A program made the position numbers and the translations under genes. DNA of 64,000 nucleotides from an uncultured candidatus Porisulfidus sp. (GTDB lineage: Bacteria > Pseudomonadota > Gammaproteobacteria > Poriferisulfidales > Poriferisulfidaceae): assembly GCA_965242985.1 (NCBI GenBank), contig OZ251520.1:142426-206425 (forward strand), in the 5' to 3' direction. Shown in pieces: positions 48,468 to 58,632 of the stretch; the stretch's first letter is position 1; every line of letters begins with the position of its first letter. The notes beneath the pieces are model-generated. The model was not told the origin of the DNA, searched no databases, and saw only the letters and a program-made list of their open reading frames with translations.

Positions 48468-49898
48468 TCACAGCGGCCAGAGGTGCACCGGCCGGCCCTG
48501 CTGCTGGTTGCGCAGGTAGGTGCCGACCAGCGCCCGCAGGTCGCCCTGGCAGGCGCGCCGGCGGCTGCGCATCCAGCTGCTGCCGGTGCCCTTGCATTCC
48601 ACCCGGTCGGCGACCACGCCGAGGTAGCGGTCGATCTCGGCCGCCCCCGCCCCGGCCGCGGCGAGGCCGCGGCGGGCCTGCGGCAGCAGCGTCCCGAGCA
48701 GCAGCTGGTCGATCGGCCGCTCCTGGCCGCCGCTCCAGCGCACGCGCGCGTCCAGCCCCTCGCGGGCGCAGTTGTAGAAGTTCTCCTGCGCCGCCGCGAA
48801 CGGCAGCTCGGCCGGCAGCGCGCCGCCCGCCTCCAGCTCCGCCATCATGCAGCCGACGAAGAAGGCGAGGTTGGCGATCATGTCGATCTCGGTCGGCCCG
48901 GCGGACATCACCCGGTGCTCGATGCGCAGCGAGCGCGCGTCCGGCTCGCCGCCGATCAGCGGCCGGGTCCAGCGCCAGATGGTGCCGTTGTGCAGCTTCA
49001 GGTGGCGCAGCTCCTCGCGGTCGGCGTCGAACGGCTGCGGCAGGATCACCGGGAAGGCGCGCAGGTTCTCCCGGAAGAACTCGAACAGCGATTCGCGCGC
49101 GTAGCCGCTGCCGCAGCTGACCCGCCCGATGCGCTCGCCGCCGCGCGCCGCCATGCCGTCCAGGCACACCGCCTGCTCGAACAGCGGCACCCGGGTCTCG
49201 TCCCACAGGTCCATGCCGAACAGGAACGGCGCGTTGCCGGAGATCGCCGCGGTCGCCGCCTGCAGCGCCAGCGAGGCGTTGTAGGCGCGCACCGCCTTCG
49301 ACTGCGGCACCTGCAGGTGGATCTGGAACGAGGTGCAGGCCGACTCCAGCATCACGTCCTCGTGCAGGCCGTACAGGCGGTCGCGGCCGCGGATGTCGAT
49401 CTGCAGCGGGCGGCGCTTGCGCAGCTCCATGACCCGCTCGTTGAGCGCCTGGTAGCGGTTCATGCGGCTCATGCTGTCGACCGTCAGGTCGCGCTCCTGG
49501 ATGGTCGGCAGGATGCCGATCATGCCGAGCTTGAGGTCCATGGTCTCGCCCACCTCGGTGGCGTGCTGCCACAGCGAGCCGAGCTGCGCGTGCAGGGTCG
49601 GGAGCATGCCGGCGCCGACCGTCACCGGGTCGGTGTTGAACTCGACGTTGAAGCGCGACAGCTCCGGCAGGCAGTACGGCGTGTCGATGCGCTCGAGGTA
49701 GGCCTCGTTGTGCGGCAGCGGGTAGCAGTCGAGGTCGATCAGCCAGGCCTCCAGCTCGAAGCCGACCCGGTACGCGTCGTCGCCGAAGCCGCCCGCGGCG
49801 AAGCAGCGCCCGAGGCGGGCGGTCTCGTCCTCGAGCGCGGCGCGGAAGCGCCGCGCGTCGGCCTCGCTGAACGTCGGGGCGCGGACCTCATCCCCCAT
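48468..49898 (-). CDS. Glutamate--cysteine ligase family 2 / carboxylate-amine ligase (YbdK-like)
   Basis: GCS2-type sequence (GFELEAWLID..., HLQVP, long helical C-terminus). 476 aa. Confidence 0.65.
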   Translation of the reverse strand: MGDEVRAPTFSEADARRFRAALEDETARLGRCFAAGGFGDDAYRVGFELEAWLIDLDCYPLPHNEAYLERIDTPYCLPELSRFNVEFNTDPVTVGAGMLPTLHAQLGSLWQHATEVGETMDLKLGMIGILPTIQERDLTVDSMSRMNRYQALNERVMELRKRRPLQIDIRGRDRLYGLHEDVMLESACTSFQIHLQVPQSKAVRAYNASLALQAATAAISGNAPFLFGMDLWDETRVPLFEQAVCLDGMAARGGERIGRVSCGSGYARESLFEFFRENLRAFPVILPQPFDADREELRHLKLHNGTIWRWTRPLIGGEPDARSLRIEHRVMSAGPTEIDMIANLAFFVGCMMAELEAGGALPAELPFAAAQENFYNCAREGLDARVRWSGGQERPIDQLLLGTLLPQARRGLAAAGAGAAEIDRYLGVVADRVECKGTGSSWMRSRRRACQGDLRALVGTYLRNQQQGRPVHLWPL

Positions 49899-51177
49899 CG
49901 GCGGGCTCCAGCGGCTTGACCAGCACGCGCGCGTTGCGCGGCCCCCGGGGGAAGTTCTTCCGCGCCGCCGCCGGGCGGAAGCCGCGCTCGCGGAACCAGT
50001 GCATGGCGCGCGTGGTGCGCACGTACAGCTCGCGCGCGCCGGCCGCGGCGGCGGCGCGCTCGAGGCCGGCGAGCAGGGCCGCGCCGTGGCCCTGGCCGCG
50101 GTGCTCCGGGTGCACCGCCAGCGCCGCCAGCTCCGCGCGCGCCGCGCCCAGCGGCCGCAGGCAGGCGCAGGCCGCGATCAGGCCGTCGATCTCGATCACC
50201 CGGAAGTCGCGCACGCGCAGCTCCAGTTCGGCGCGGGGCCACTCCGCCAAGACGCCCTGCTCGACCAGCGGGCCGAGCAGCTCGAGCACGCCGCCCAGGT
50301 CGGCGACCGCGGCGCGGCGCGGCGCGTGCGCGTCGCCGCGCGTGATCATCACGCCGTCGCCGGCGTGCGTGAACAGCTCCCGCAGCAGGGCGCCGTCGCG
50401 GCGGCCGTCGAGCAGGTGGACGCGCTCGACCCCGGCGAGGCCGGCGTCGACCGCGGCGCGCAGCAGGCGCGCGTAGCCCGGGCGCAGCCGGCGGCGCTTC
50501 TGCAGCGCCGCCGCCTCGGCGGCGGTCAGCCGGCGCAGCAGCCGGCCGCGGGCGCGCAGCGGCGGCTCGGCGTGCAGGTAGATCAGCTTGTCGGCCTGCA
50601 GCGACTGCGCCGCCGCGCGCGCCAGCTCGACCGCCTGCAGCAGGAACGCCTCGCCGGTGGCGGAGTAGCCGAGCGGCGGCAGCAGCACCACGGCGCCGCG
50701 CTCGAGCAGCGGCGCGATCTCCTCGGCCGCCACCCGCCGCACCTCGCCGCTGTGCTCGAAGTCGACCCCCTCGTGCACGCCGCGCGGGCGCGCCGCGACC
50801 AGGTTGCCGGTGAGCACGCGCAGGCGCAGGCCCGCCAGCGCGGTGTTGGCGAGGCCCCGCGACAGGCGCGCCTGCAGGTCCGACTGCAGGGCGCCGACCG
50901 CCGCCAGCACGGCCGGCAGGTCGGCGCCGCGGACGACGCGGACGCCGTCGTGGAACGGCGCGTCCGGCAGCAGCGCGTCGAGCCGGCGGCGCGCGCCGAA
51001 GACCAGCACCAGCCGCGCGCCGAGCACCTGCAGCTGGGCCAAGTCCTGCAGCAGGGCGTCGGCGACGGCGGCGGATTCCAGCAGCGCGCCGTCCAGGCAC
51101 AGCACGAAAGTCCGGCCGCGGTGGGCGCGGATGTACGGCGCGGTGTTGCGGAATCCCCTGAGGTCGAACGGCTCCAT
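49888..51177 (-). CDS. argA: Amino-acid N-acetyltransferase (N-acetylglutamate synthase)
   Basis: N-terminal amino-acid-kinase-like domain (FVLCLDGALL...VLVFGARRRLD) plus C-terminal GNAT domain (RGQGHGAALL). Confidence 0.8.
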   Translation of the reverse strand: MEPFDLRGFRNTAPYIRAHRGRTFVLCLDGALLESAAVADALLQDLAQLQVLGARLVLVFGARRRLDALLPDAPFHDGVRVVRGADLPAVLAAVGALQSDLQARLSRGLANTALAGLRLRVLTGNLVAARPRGVHEGVDFEHSGEVRRVAAEEIAPLLERGAVVLLPPLGYSATGEAFLLQAVELARAAAQSLQADKLIYLHAEPPLRARGRLLRRLTAAEAAALQKRRRLRPGYARLLRAAVDAGLAGVERVHLLDGRRDGALLRELFTHAGDGVMITRGDAHAPRRAAVADLGGVLELLGPLVEQGVLAEWPRAELELRVRDFRVIEIDGLIAACACLRPLGAARAELAALAVHPEHRGQGHGAALLAGLERAAAAAGARELYVRTTRAMHWFRERGFRPAAARKNFPRGPRNARVLVKPLEPADGG

Positions 51178-51257
51178 GGCGGCCCCGGCGGGCGGCGCGG
51201 AATGGGCGGCTATTGTACGGGACGGGTGCCGCGCGATTGTTTCGGCACTTCGGAATT

Positions 51258-51698
51258 TCAGGTTCCGCGCACTGGATTCAGATCAATCCATTGCAGCCCG
51301 GAGAATTTGGAGAAATCCCGGTCAAACGATGCGACCGCCGCACGGTGCGACATCGCCAGTGCCGCCAAGTGTGCATCCATGACCAAGTTGCCGCCTTGGC
51401 CCGTATCCGCCAACAGCTGACGCAGGCGCGGCCAATGATCTTCCGGCTCCGGCACCAGCCGGGCGCTTGGCAGCTCCAGCCACTTGTCCACTTGCTTACT
51501 GGCCTGCTGTAGCGTAAGAGGGTGTTCAAAGACCGAATCGCGAGTGCTTAGCCGCAGAAATCCAGTTACCACCATCCAAGAAAAACCGATCACCTCCCTT
51601 CGGTCGAATGACTCCGCCAGCCATTCCCGCGCTGCCCCATGGTGGAAATTCCCTTTGTTCGCCGCCGACACGACGACGTTGACATCGACCAATATCAC
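51258..51698 (-). CDS. vapC: PIN-domain toxin, VapC family
   Basis: ILVDVNVVVSA N-terminus (first PIN acidic residue), conserved D (GGNLVMDAHLAALA), C-terminal SFDRDF. GTG start. Lower-GC islet. Confidence 0.75.
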   Translation of the reverse strand: MILVDVNVVVSAANKGNFHHGAAREWLAESFDRREVIGFSWMVVTGFLRLSTRDSVFEHPLTLQQASKQVDKWLELPSARLVPEPEDHWPRLRQLLADTGQGGNLVMDAHLAALAMSHRAAVASFDRDFSKFSGLQWIDLNPVRGT

Positions 51699-51818
51699 TC
51701 GCTCTTTGCCGCTTTCGCGGCACTCTCCAATTTCAGCTCGGAGCTCTCCGCGCCTTCCCTAGTGCCAGCCCAGTTTCACTTGCCGCCAAAACTCCGAGCA
51801 TAAAACTCGCAAGCGCCA

Positions 51819-52085
51819 TCATTTGCGCCGCGCCATCTTGAGGATGATCTCCTGATCTTCCAGCTCTGCCGCGGCAGACAGCGCTTTGTCCAAATTCACC
51901 TTGGGGCTGCCCATATCGTGCACGGTCTGCCGAAACGGCTTGAACGCACGCCGCATCGCTTCATCCTTCTCCAAACCAAGCCGCACCATGTCATTGGTGA
52001 GATTGTTCAGAGAGATGCCGCGTTCATCCGCTAATTTCTGCAATTTGTTCCGCACATCATCAGCAAGGTCGAGAGAGATATGCAT
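51819..52085 (-). CDS. vapB: Ribbon-helix-helix (CopG/Arc-type) antitoxin, VapB-like
   Basis: MHISLDLADDVRNKLQKLADERGISLNNLTNDMV RHH motif. 88 aa. Lies 120 nt upstream of vapC, same strand. Confidence 0.65.
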   Translation of the reverse strand: MHISLDLADDVRNKLQKLADERGISLNNLTNDMVRLGLEKDEAMRRAFKPFRQTVHDMGSPKVNLDKALSAAAELEDQEIILKMARRK

Positions 52086-52493
52086 GGTGCCGCACCAAGC
52101 CAATAACAGGAACGCTATTCTAGCACCCTCGCCCCCGCCCGGCATGCCCAGATCCGCTGCCGACATACGGTTTCTGCTCCGAGACAGCCCTTTGCCGCGG
52201 GCAGGATTAGGTTCTGCGCGGCATCACGATTTGGCTGGAAAACTTAACCACACGCGCAATTAGCACCTAAAAGACCAAAAAACGGACGGGATTGCAATCA
52301 ACTTGAGCGAGGGCATACCGCCCTCGCGGAAGCAAGTTTTTAGAAATAAGAAAAAGGGCGTCAGGCTGGGCGAACCATATCGAGCTCATCAAGAGCACCC
52401 GACAGTTGCGTATGATACTAGATCTCTATGCGGGCCGCGAACTGTAACCCGCCGTTCCTTGTTACGCTTCCCAACAGTCCTCCGCATTTCGGC

Positions 52494-53330
52494 ATGAACA
52501 ACACCCTCACCCGCCTGTACCCGCCGGACGGCGCCGAGCGGGGCCTCGACGAACTGCCGCTCGCCGAGCGCCTGGTGGAGCTCGGCAGCGCCGCGGATCC
52601 GTTCCTGTACAGCAGCTTCATCATGAGCCTGAACGGCGCCATCGCGGTCGCCGGCGGCGACGGCGAGTGGACCCACCCGCCGACCCTGTTCGACCCGCGC
52701 GACCTGCGGCTGCTGTGCGGGCTGATGGCTCAGGCGGACTGCCTGATCACCAACTCCGGCTACCTGCGCGACTTGGACCGCGGCCGCCTCGGCAACCTGC
52801 TGCAGCTGCCCGGGCATCCGGACTACCGCGCCCTGCGCGACTACCGCGCGCGCCACCATCCGGAGCCCGCGCCGGCGGTGCTGGCGGTCAGCCGCAGCCT
52901 CGACTTCCCGTTGCCGGAGCCGCTCGGCGACGGCCAGCGCCTGCGGGTGTTGACCGGACAGGCGGCGCCCGCGGCCCGCCTGCGCGAACTGCGCGCGCGC
53001 GGCGTCGAGGTGCGGGTGTGCGGCGACCCGGACTGGATCGGCGCGGCGTCCGTGCGCGCCGCGCTCGCCGAACTCGGCGCGCGCACCGCCTACCTGTTCT
53101 GCGGCCCGCGCCTCAACGGCGTCCTGCTGCGCGCCGGGCTGCTGCGGCGGGTCTACCTGAGCTGGCGCCACCTGCTGCACGGCGGCGACCCGGCGCTGAC
53201 CGCGGGCGCCGGCCTGCCGGCGGACTTCGCCGCGGAGCTCAAGCTCGAGGAACTGCACCAGGCGCCGCCCGGCGGCGGCCTGCCGGGGCTGTGGTTCGCG
53301 CGCTTCGCGCCGGCGGCGCGGCCTAGCTGA
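52494..53330 (+). CDS. RibD C-terminal domain / dihydrofolate-reductase-like reductase family protein
   Basis: Layout typical of standalone RibD_C reductases (SLNGAIAVAGGDGEW...LLCGLMAQADCLITNSGYL...AYLFCGPRLNGVLL). Confidence 0.55.
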   Translation: MNNTLTRLYPPDGAERGLDELPLAERLVELGSAADPFLYSSFIMSLNGAIAVAGGDGEWTHPPTLFDPRDLRLLCGLMAQADCLITNSGYLRDLDRGRLGNLLQLPGHPDYRALRDYRARHHPEPAPAVLAVSRSLDFPLPEPLGDGQRLRVLTGQAAPAARLRELRARGVEVRVCGDPDWIGAASVRAALAELGARTAYLFCGPRLNGVLLRAGLLRRVYLSWRHLLHGGDPALTAGAGLPADFAAELKLEELHQAPPGGGLPGLWFARFAPAARPS

Positions 53331-54495
53331 ACTCGGGGTTGTCGCGGTAGTAGCGGCGGATGCCGTCGCGCAGGGCCAGCGCGACGCGGCCCTGGTGCTT
53401 GTCCGTGCGCAGCAGCTTCTCCTCGGCGGGGTTGGAGATGAAGCCGGTCTCCACCAGCAGCGACGCCATCGGCGCCTTGAGCACCGCGAAGCCGGCGCGC
53501 TCCACCCGGGCGCTGTGCATGCGCCCGACGCGCTGCTTCAGCGACCGCACCATGCCCTGCCCGGCGAGCAGGCTGTACTCGGTCACCGCGCCCTGGCCCA
53601 TGGCGATCATGGTGCTCTTCAGCTTCGGGTCCTTCACGTCGATCAGCTCCTCGCCGCCCAGCAGGTCGGCGGAGTTCTCCTTGTCCGCCAGCCAGCGCGC
53701 CTGCGCGCTGCTCGCGCCGCGGGTCGACAGCATGTACACCGAGGCGCCGCGGGCGCTGCGCCGGCGCGCCGCGTCGGCGTGCACCGACACGAACAGGTCG
53801 CCCTTGCGCCGCCCGGCGATGCGGGTGCGGGCGCCGAGGCGCAGGTACTTGTCGGTGCGGCGCGTCAGGTGCGGCGTGATGCCGGGATCCGCTTTCAGCA
53901 GCCGGTGCAGCTTCTTCGAGATCGACAGCACCACGTTCTTCTCGTAGGTCTTGCGCTTGCCGACCGCGCCGGGGTCCTTGCCGCCGTGCCCGGGGTCGAT
54001 CACCACCACCATCCGCTTCTTCCGGGGGCGGCGCGCGCCGCGCGGCGCGGACGGCGGGCGCACCGCCTGCGGCTGCTGCAGCGGCGCCGCGTTCCAGGCG
54101 CGGAACACGTCCACCACCAGGCGGCTGCCGGAGCCTTTCGCCGCCGGCCACTGCCGGATCTGGTGCCGGCGCGCCCCCGCCAGGTCCAGCACCACGCGCA
54201 GATATCCGTCCGGGCGGTCGTACCAGCGCACGCCGCGCACGGGGCTGCCGGCGAGGCCCGGCAAGCCTTTGCTCTGCCGCGCCATCGCGGCGTCGCGGAC
54301 GTCCAGCACCAGCCGGTCCGGCTTTTTCAGCACGAACTCCTTGCCGATCTCGACCCGGCGGTCGAACACCAGCACCAGCCGGTAGTGCTTGTCGTTCAGG
54401 CCCTGGCGCAACTGCACCACCCGCCGCCGCGCGGCGGCGGCCGCCAGCGCCGGCAGGAACGCCAGCATCCCCAGGAACAGTCGGCGCGTGATCAT
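53323..54495 (-). CDS. amiC: N-acetylmuramoyl-L-alanine amidase (AmiC-like, AMIN + Amidase_3 domains)
   Basis: Signal peptide, AMIN domain, catalytic VVIDPGHGGKDPGA and FVSVHADA motifs. Confidence 0.85.
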   Translation of the reverse strand: MITRRLFLGMLAFLPALAAAAARRRVVQLRQGLNDKHYRLVLVFDRRVEIGKEFVLKKPDRLVLDVRDAAMARQSKGLPGLAGSPVRGVRWYDRPDGYLRVVLDLAGARRHQIRQWPAAKGSGSRLVVDVFRAWNAAPLQQPQAVRPPSAPRGARRPRKKRMVVVIDPGHGGKDPGAVGKRKTYEKNVVLSISKKLHRLLKADPGITPHLTRRTDKYLRLGARTRIAGRRKGDLFVSVHADAARRRSARGASVYMLSTRGASSAQARWLADKENSADLLGGEELIDVKDPKLKSTMIAMGQGAVTEYSLLAGQGMVRSLKQRVGRMHSARVERAGFAVLKAPMASLLVETGFISNPAEEKLLRTDKHQGRVALALRDGIRRYYRDNPEFS

Positions 54496-54525
54496 CTGCA
54501 GGAGCGTCCGGGCGCTGCGCGCATT

Positions 54526-54996
54526 CTACGCAACTCCGGCGAAGTCCGCCCGCGCCAGCCACGCCCGCCCGCCTTCGCTGAGCGCCTCCAGCCGCAGCTC
54601 GCGCCGCTGTTCTTCTTCGCCCGCGGCGAGCCGCACCCGCAGGTCGGCGCGCGCCGCCGCCTCCGGCCAGCGCTCCGGCCATTCGAGCAGCACCGTGGCG
54701 CGGCCGTCCAGCAGCTCGCGCAGGCCCAGCTCCTCGAGCTCGGCCGGATCCTGCAGCCGGTACAGGTCGACGTGGTACACCGTCCGCCCGCCCGCCGCGT
54801 AGGGCTCGACCAGGGTGTAGGTCGGGCTCGGCACCGTCCCCGCGTGCCCGAGCGCGGCGAGGAAGGCGCGCGCCCAGGCGGTCTTGCCGGCGCCGAGCGC
54901 CCCCTGCAGCAGCACCAGGCCGGGCGCCTCCTGCGCCCGGGCGAGGGCCGCCGCCGCCCGCCGGGTGTCCGCCTCGGAGCGCAGCGCGAACTTCAC
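54526..54996 (-). CDS. tsaE: tRNA threonylcarbamoyladenosine biosynthesis protein TsaE
   Basis: P-loop GALGAGKTAWARAF and SPTYTLVEPY motif. GTG start overlaps the nnr stop (GTGA). Confidence 0.8.
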   Translation of the reverse strand: MKFALRSEADTRRAAAALARAQEAPGLVLLQGALGAGKTAWARAFLAALGHAGTVPSPTYTLVEPYAAGGRTVYHVDLYRLQDPAELEELGLRELLDGRATVLLEWPERWPEAAARADLRVRLAAGEEEQRRELRLEALSEGGRAWLARADFAGVA

Positions 54997-56459
54997 GCCG
55001 GCGGACGGTTGAGGGCGCGGAGCTCGGGCAGCAGGTCGGAGGCTACGAGCCCGGCCTCGCCCGCGGCCGCGGCGCGGTCGCCGGCGGCGCCGTGCAGGCA
55101 GACTCCCAGGCGCGCCGCGTCGGCCGCGGCGAGGCCTTGCGCCCGCAGCCCCGCGACCGCGCCGCACAGCACGTCGCCCGCGCCGGCGGTGGCGAGGCCG
55201 GGATTGCCGTGGGCGCACACGCCCATGCGGCCGGAGTCGGCGACCAGGGTGCCGCAGCCCTTGAGCGCGGCGACTCCGCCGTAGCGCTCGGCCAGCCCGC
55301 GCGCGGCGGCGAAGCGGTCCCGCTGCACATCCGCGGCGGCGCATCCCAGGAGCGCGCCCGCCTCGCCCGGGTGCGGGGTCAGGATCCAGTCCGCCCGCGC
55401 CTGCGGCTCGGCCGCCAGCAGGCGCAGGGCGTCGGCGTCGACCACCAGCGGCGCGCCGCGCTCGAGCGCGGCGGCGAGCATCTCCCGCGCCCAGGCGCCG
55501 CGCCCCAGGCCCGGGCCGATCGCGACCACGTCGGCGGCCTCGAGCAGCTTCCGCAGCTCGGCGCGGTTCGCGACCGCGTGGTGCATCAGTTCCGGGAACG
55601 CCGGCGCGCCGCCGGCCGCGTCCGGCGGCTGCGCGACGCTGACCAGCCCGCAGCCCGCGCGCAGGGCGGCCGCGCCGCACAAGGCGGCCGCGCCCTGGAA
55701 GCCGGCCGCGCCGCCGACCACCAGCACGTGTCCGCAGTCGCCCTTGTGGGCGTTGCGGGAGCGGCGCGGCAGCCGCGCCCGCAGCCGCTCCCAGTCCAGC
55801 AGCTCCGCGTCCGCCGCGACGCCGGCCGCGTCCACGCCGAGGCCGCGGAACACCACCCGCCCGGCGAACTCCGGCCCGTCGGCGGTGTACAGCCCGCGCT
55901 TGCGGCCGATGAACGTGACGGTCTCGCGGACGCGCGCGCAGGGCCCGAGCGCCCGGCCGGTGTCCGCGCACAGCCCGGACGGCAGGTCCGCCGCCACCGC
56001 CGCGGGCGCGGCGTTGATCCGCTCGACGGCGCGCGCCCAGTCGCCCTCCGGCGCGTGCGACAGGCCGGTGCCGAGCAGGGCGTCGACCGCGAGATCCGCG
56101 GCCGGGTCGTCGGCGGGATCGAACGCCCGCATGGCGACCCCCGCGTCCCGGGCCCGTTCCCAGGCGGCGCGGGCGTCGCCGGACAGCTTCTCCCCCGGGC
56201 GCAGCTGCGCCACGCGCACGGCGCGGCCGGCTTCATGCAGCCGCAGCGCGGCGAGGTAGCCGTCGCCGGCGTTGTTGCCGGCGCCGGCGTACACCGCGAT
56301 CCGTTCCGCGCCGGCGTGCTCGGCCTGCAGCCATTCCCACACCGCCTCCGCGGCGCGGCGCATCAGTTCGGCGCCGGACAGGCCCTGCTCCGCCTGCGCC
56401 AGGCGGTCGAGTTCGCGCGACTGCGCGGCGGTGTAGAGGGGAGCGGCGGCGTCCGGCAT
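54993..56459 (-). CDS. nnr: Bifunctional NAD(P)H-hydrate repair enzyme Nnr (epimerase + ADP-dependent dehydratase)
   Basis: N-terminal YjeF_N (GAGNNAGDGY) and C-terminal carbohydrate-kinase-like domain (HKGDCGHVLVVGGAAGFQGAAAL ... GDVLCG). Confidence 0.85.
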   Translation of the reverse strand: MPDAAAPLYTAAQSRELDRLAQAEQGLSGAELMRRAAEAVWEWLQAEHAGAERIAVYAGAGNNAGDGYLAALRLHEAGRAVRVAQLRPGEKLSGDARAAWERARDAGVAMRAFDPADDPAADLAVDALLGTGLSHAPEGDWARAVERINAAPAAVAADLPSGLCADTGRALGPCARVRETVTFIGRKRGLYTADGPEFAGRVVFRGLGVDAAGVAADAELLDWERLRARLPRRSRNAHKGDCGHVLVVGGAAGFQGAAALCGAAALRAGCGLVSVAQPPDAAGGAPAFPELMHHAVANRAELRKLLEAADVVAIGPGLGRGAWAREMLAAALERGAPLVVDADALRLLAAEPQARADWILTPHPGEAGALLGCAAADVQRDRFAAARGLAERYGGVAALKGCGTLVADSGRMGVCAHGNPGLATAGAGDVLCGAVAGLRAQGLAAADAARLGVCLHGAAGDRAAAAGEAGLVASDLLPELRALNRPPA

Positions 56460-56726
56460 CGCCGGGGAATTGTATAGAAGTTGCCGTATTTGCGGGCAAC
56501 ACCCTTTCCCAGCGGGCTGTGCCCTGAAAGCATCTCATTCCGGGAAATAGCCGTTACCCGCCACGGCCCAAGCTAGCCGGGTATGTATTCGTGTATAGTT
56601 GCCGCATGGCGAGTTTCCTGCTGCGCCCGCCAAACGCATGCCTCATCAGCAATTAAACTGCTTTCGTCCGCTGGTGCTGGCGAAATGGGCCGCGCGGGTC
56701 ATTCCCCCCGCAGGCACGACGCTAAA

Positions 56727-57506
56727 ATGAGGCAGCACTACAAAAATCCCCCCATTGAGGAGGCACTTTGCGAGTTCCGTTTCATACCAAGCCGGAAGTG
56801 GGATCTGACGATTCCGGGCATACTGCGCACCAAAGTCGACGAGAAATATGGGGGGGAACCGCGAGAGCAGCGGGTATTTTCGGCAACTTTGAACACCTCG
56901 AACGAAAATTCCCCAGAATTGCAGGCCCACGAAGGATTGGGGAAAGTCATGCTGGTCAACGATAACGCCACTAGAATGATCGGCGTCGGACGCGATGTGA
57001 TCAGCGTGCATATGTTGCGACCGTACCAAAACCCGGACTCGCCTGAAACAAGCGGGTGGGGAGAGTTTCTTCCGCGTATTGAAGAAGCGCTGGGCTCATA
57101 CTGGGACGTGGCGGCCCCCGTCGGAACCGCGAGAATCGGAGTTCGCTACATCAATAAAGTTGCAGTCCCGGAAAATATCGCTAGCATTAAAGCCTTTCTG
57201 CAGGAACGGGTGCGGTGTGCCCTCCCGGACATCGAAAATTTCCCCGGCAGGATGAGCGACCTTACGAGTCGCATCGAATACGACTGCGGAAACAATATCA
57301 AACTGACGCTGTCCCAGTATCTGCTGGCCCCGGGGACTGGGCATCTGGATTTTTTCCTCGATATCGACGTCGTCTGGAGCGCCGATACGGAACCACTCGA
57401 CCTCGCCGCGACACTGGAAAAAGCCGGCGCGTTAAAACAACAGGAAAATGGTGTTTTTGAGGCTTTGATAACGGACAAAGCCCGGGAGCAATTTCATGCA
57501 GGCTAA
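56727..57506 (+). CDS. TIGR04255-family protein (conserved hypothetical, 259 aa), low-GC cassette gene 1
   Basis: N-terminus MRQHYKNPPIEEALCEFRF matches the TIGR04255 hallmark (Y.N.PI.E..CE.RF). GC ~52%. Confidence 0.65.
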   Translation: MRQHYKNPPIEEALCEFRFIPSRKWDLTIPGILRTKVDEKYGGEPREQRVFSATLNTSNENSPELQAHEGLGKVMLVNDNATRMIGVGRDVISVHMLRPYQNPDSPETSGWGEFLPRIEEALGSYWDVAAPVGTARIGVRYINKVAVPENIASIKAFLQERVRCALPDIENFPGRMSDLTSRIEYDCGNNIKLTLSQYLLAPGTGHLDFFLDIDVVWSADTEPLDLAATLEKAGALKQQENGVFEALITDKAREQFHAG

Positions 57507-58113
57507 CACGCAATTCGCAAGCGGCGGCGAAAATTCCGCCGACCGCGGCTTAGTCTCTTGTGTGGCGCTCGGCAAGAGCTCGCTAGCCGTGTCTCCAGCC
57601 ACCATTTCTCTGGAGAAACGGGGAACGGAGCTGATACAGCTCTTTGTCGAGTTTTTGGAGAGGGCTTTACCGCAAGCACCGAGGAGATCTGCCGCGGCGA
57701 ATCACCGGGAGACGCTACTTGATATCAAATTGTGCGCTGCTTTTGATGCCACACCCTTGGAGGACGGCATCGGTCATCCCGCCGAAAGCGTTATCCAAGA
57801 AGCGTTGCTTTCGACCGCAGACAGTCTGCTGGCCGCCGGGATCTTGCGGGAGTTTTGCCTGAACCCAACACGGCCTGTCTTCGGGGCATCGATTCTGCGG
57901 TGCTTGGGGCGCCTGCCAGAGGCGGGCACATCCGAATGGCGCGAACAGCTCGTTCGGGATGCCCTGAAAGCCGATAATCCGGAAGTCAGGGATGCAGCCA
58001 TACAAGCCGCAGAATCGTGGGGCGGCAATGGAATGGCGGCCGTCTTGCGAAAGCACGATGAGCCGGACGCTTTTCTTCGGCACTATCAGTACAAGGTGGT
58101 CGCCAACTTGTGA
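57496..58113 (+). CDS. Hypothetical protein with HEAT/PBS-lyase-like repeats (205 aa), cassette gene 2
   Basis: Overlaps gene 1 by 11 nt. C-terminal units LGRLPEAGTSEWREQLVRDALKADNPEVRDAAIQAAESWG resemble HEAT_2 repeats. Confidence 0.5.
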   Translation: MQANTQFASGGENSADRGLVSCVALGKSSLAVSPATISLEKRGTELIQLFVEFLERALPQAPRRSAAANHRETLLDIKLCAAFDATPLEDGIGHPAESVIQEALLSTADSLLAAGILREFCLNPTRPVFGASILRCLGRLPEAGTSEWREQLVRDALKADNPEVRDAAIQAAESWGGNGMAAVLRKHDEPDAFLRHYQYKVVANL

Positions 58114-58122
58114 TGCAAGTCT

Positions 58123-58632
58123 GTGATCCTCGTGCGCAAAATTTCTCATGCGAAGTGGAAACTGTCTCCAGATTTTCCACCGGAAGAGATTCGCGCGGAT
58201 GCCATCACCGCGGACTTGCGGACCACGGAAAATGCGCTGTCTTTCTGGAAATGCAAAACAGAATCCGATCTCGACGGGCCAGCCTTGGCAATCGCGGCAA
58301 CTATGGATCGAGTCGATAAAATGGACTTGGCGTGGTTGCCGCCGGAAATATTGGCCGAACTCGACTTGGCCCATGCGAATACTGCTGGGAAGACGCCTGT
58401 GGCGAACTGGGTGAACCGCCACATCTCCATCAGCAAACTGGATTATGTCCGTCTCGGAACAGTCGCCCGTCAAATTTCCGCTGCGGTTAAACAGCAACAA
58501 TTCCGGAGGTTTGTCAAGCAAGAGATCGCCGATCTCCTGCTCGCAGCAGTACGCGACGGTCTTGTGAAAGTCCCGGACCTCGACAAAAAATTGCAAAAAG
58601 AGCTCTTTCCCACCCTCTTGAATACAGCCTGA
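58123..58632 (+). CDS. Hypothetical protein (169 aa), cassette gene 3
   Basis: GTG start 10 nt after the gene 2 stop. Protein-like composition, no recognisable domain. Confidence 0.45.
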   Translation: MILVRKISHAKWKLSPDFPPEEIRADAITADLRTTENALSFWKCKTESDLDGPALAIAATMDRVDKMDLAWLPPEILAELDLAHANTAGKTPVANWVNRHISISKLDYVRLGTVARQISAAVKQQQFRRFVKQEIADLLLAAVRDGLVKVPDLDKKLQKELFPTLLNTA

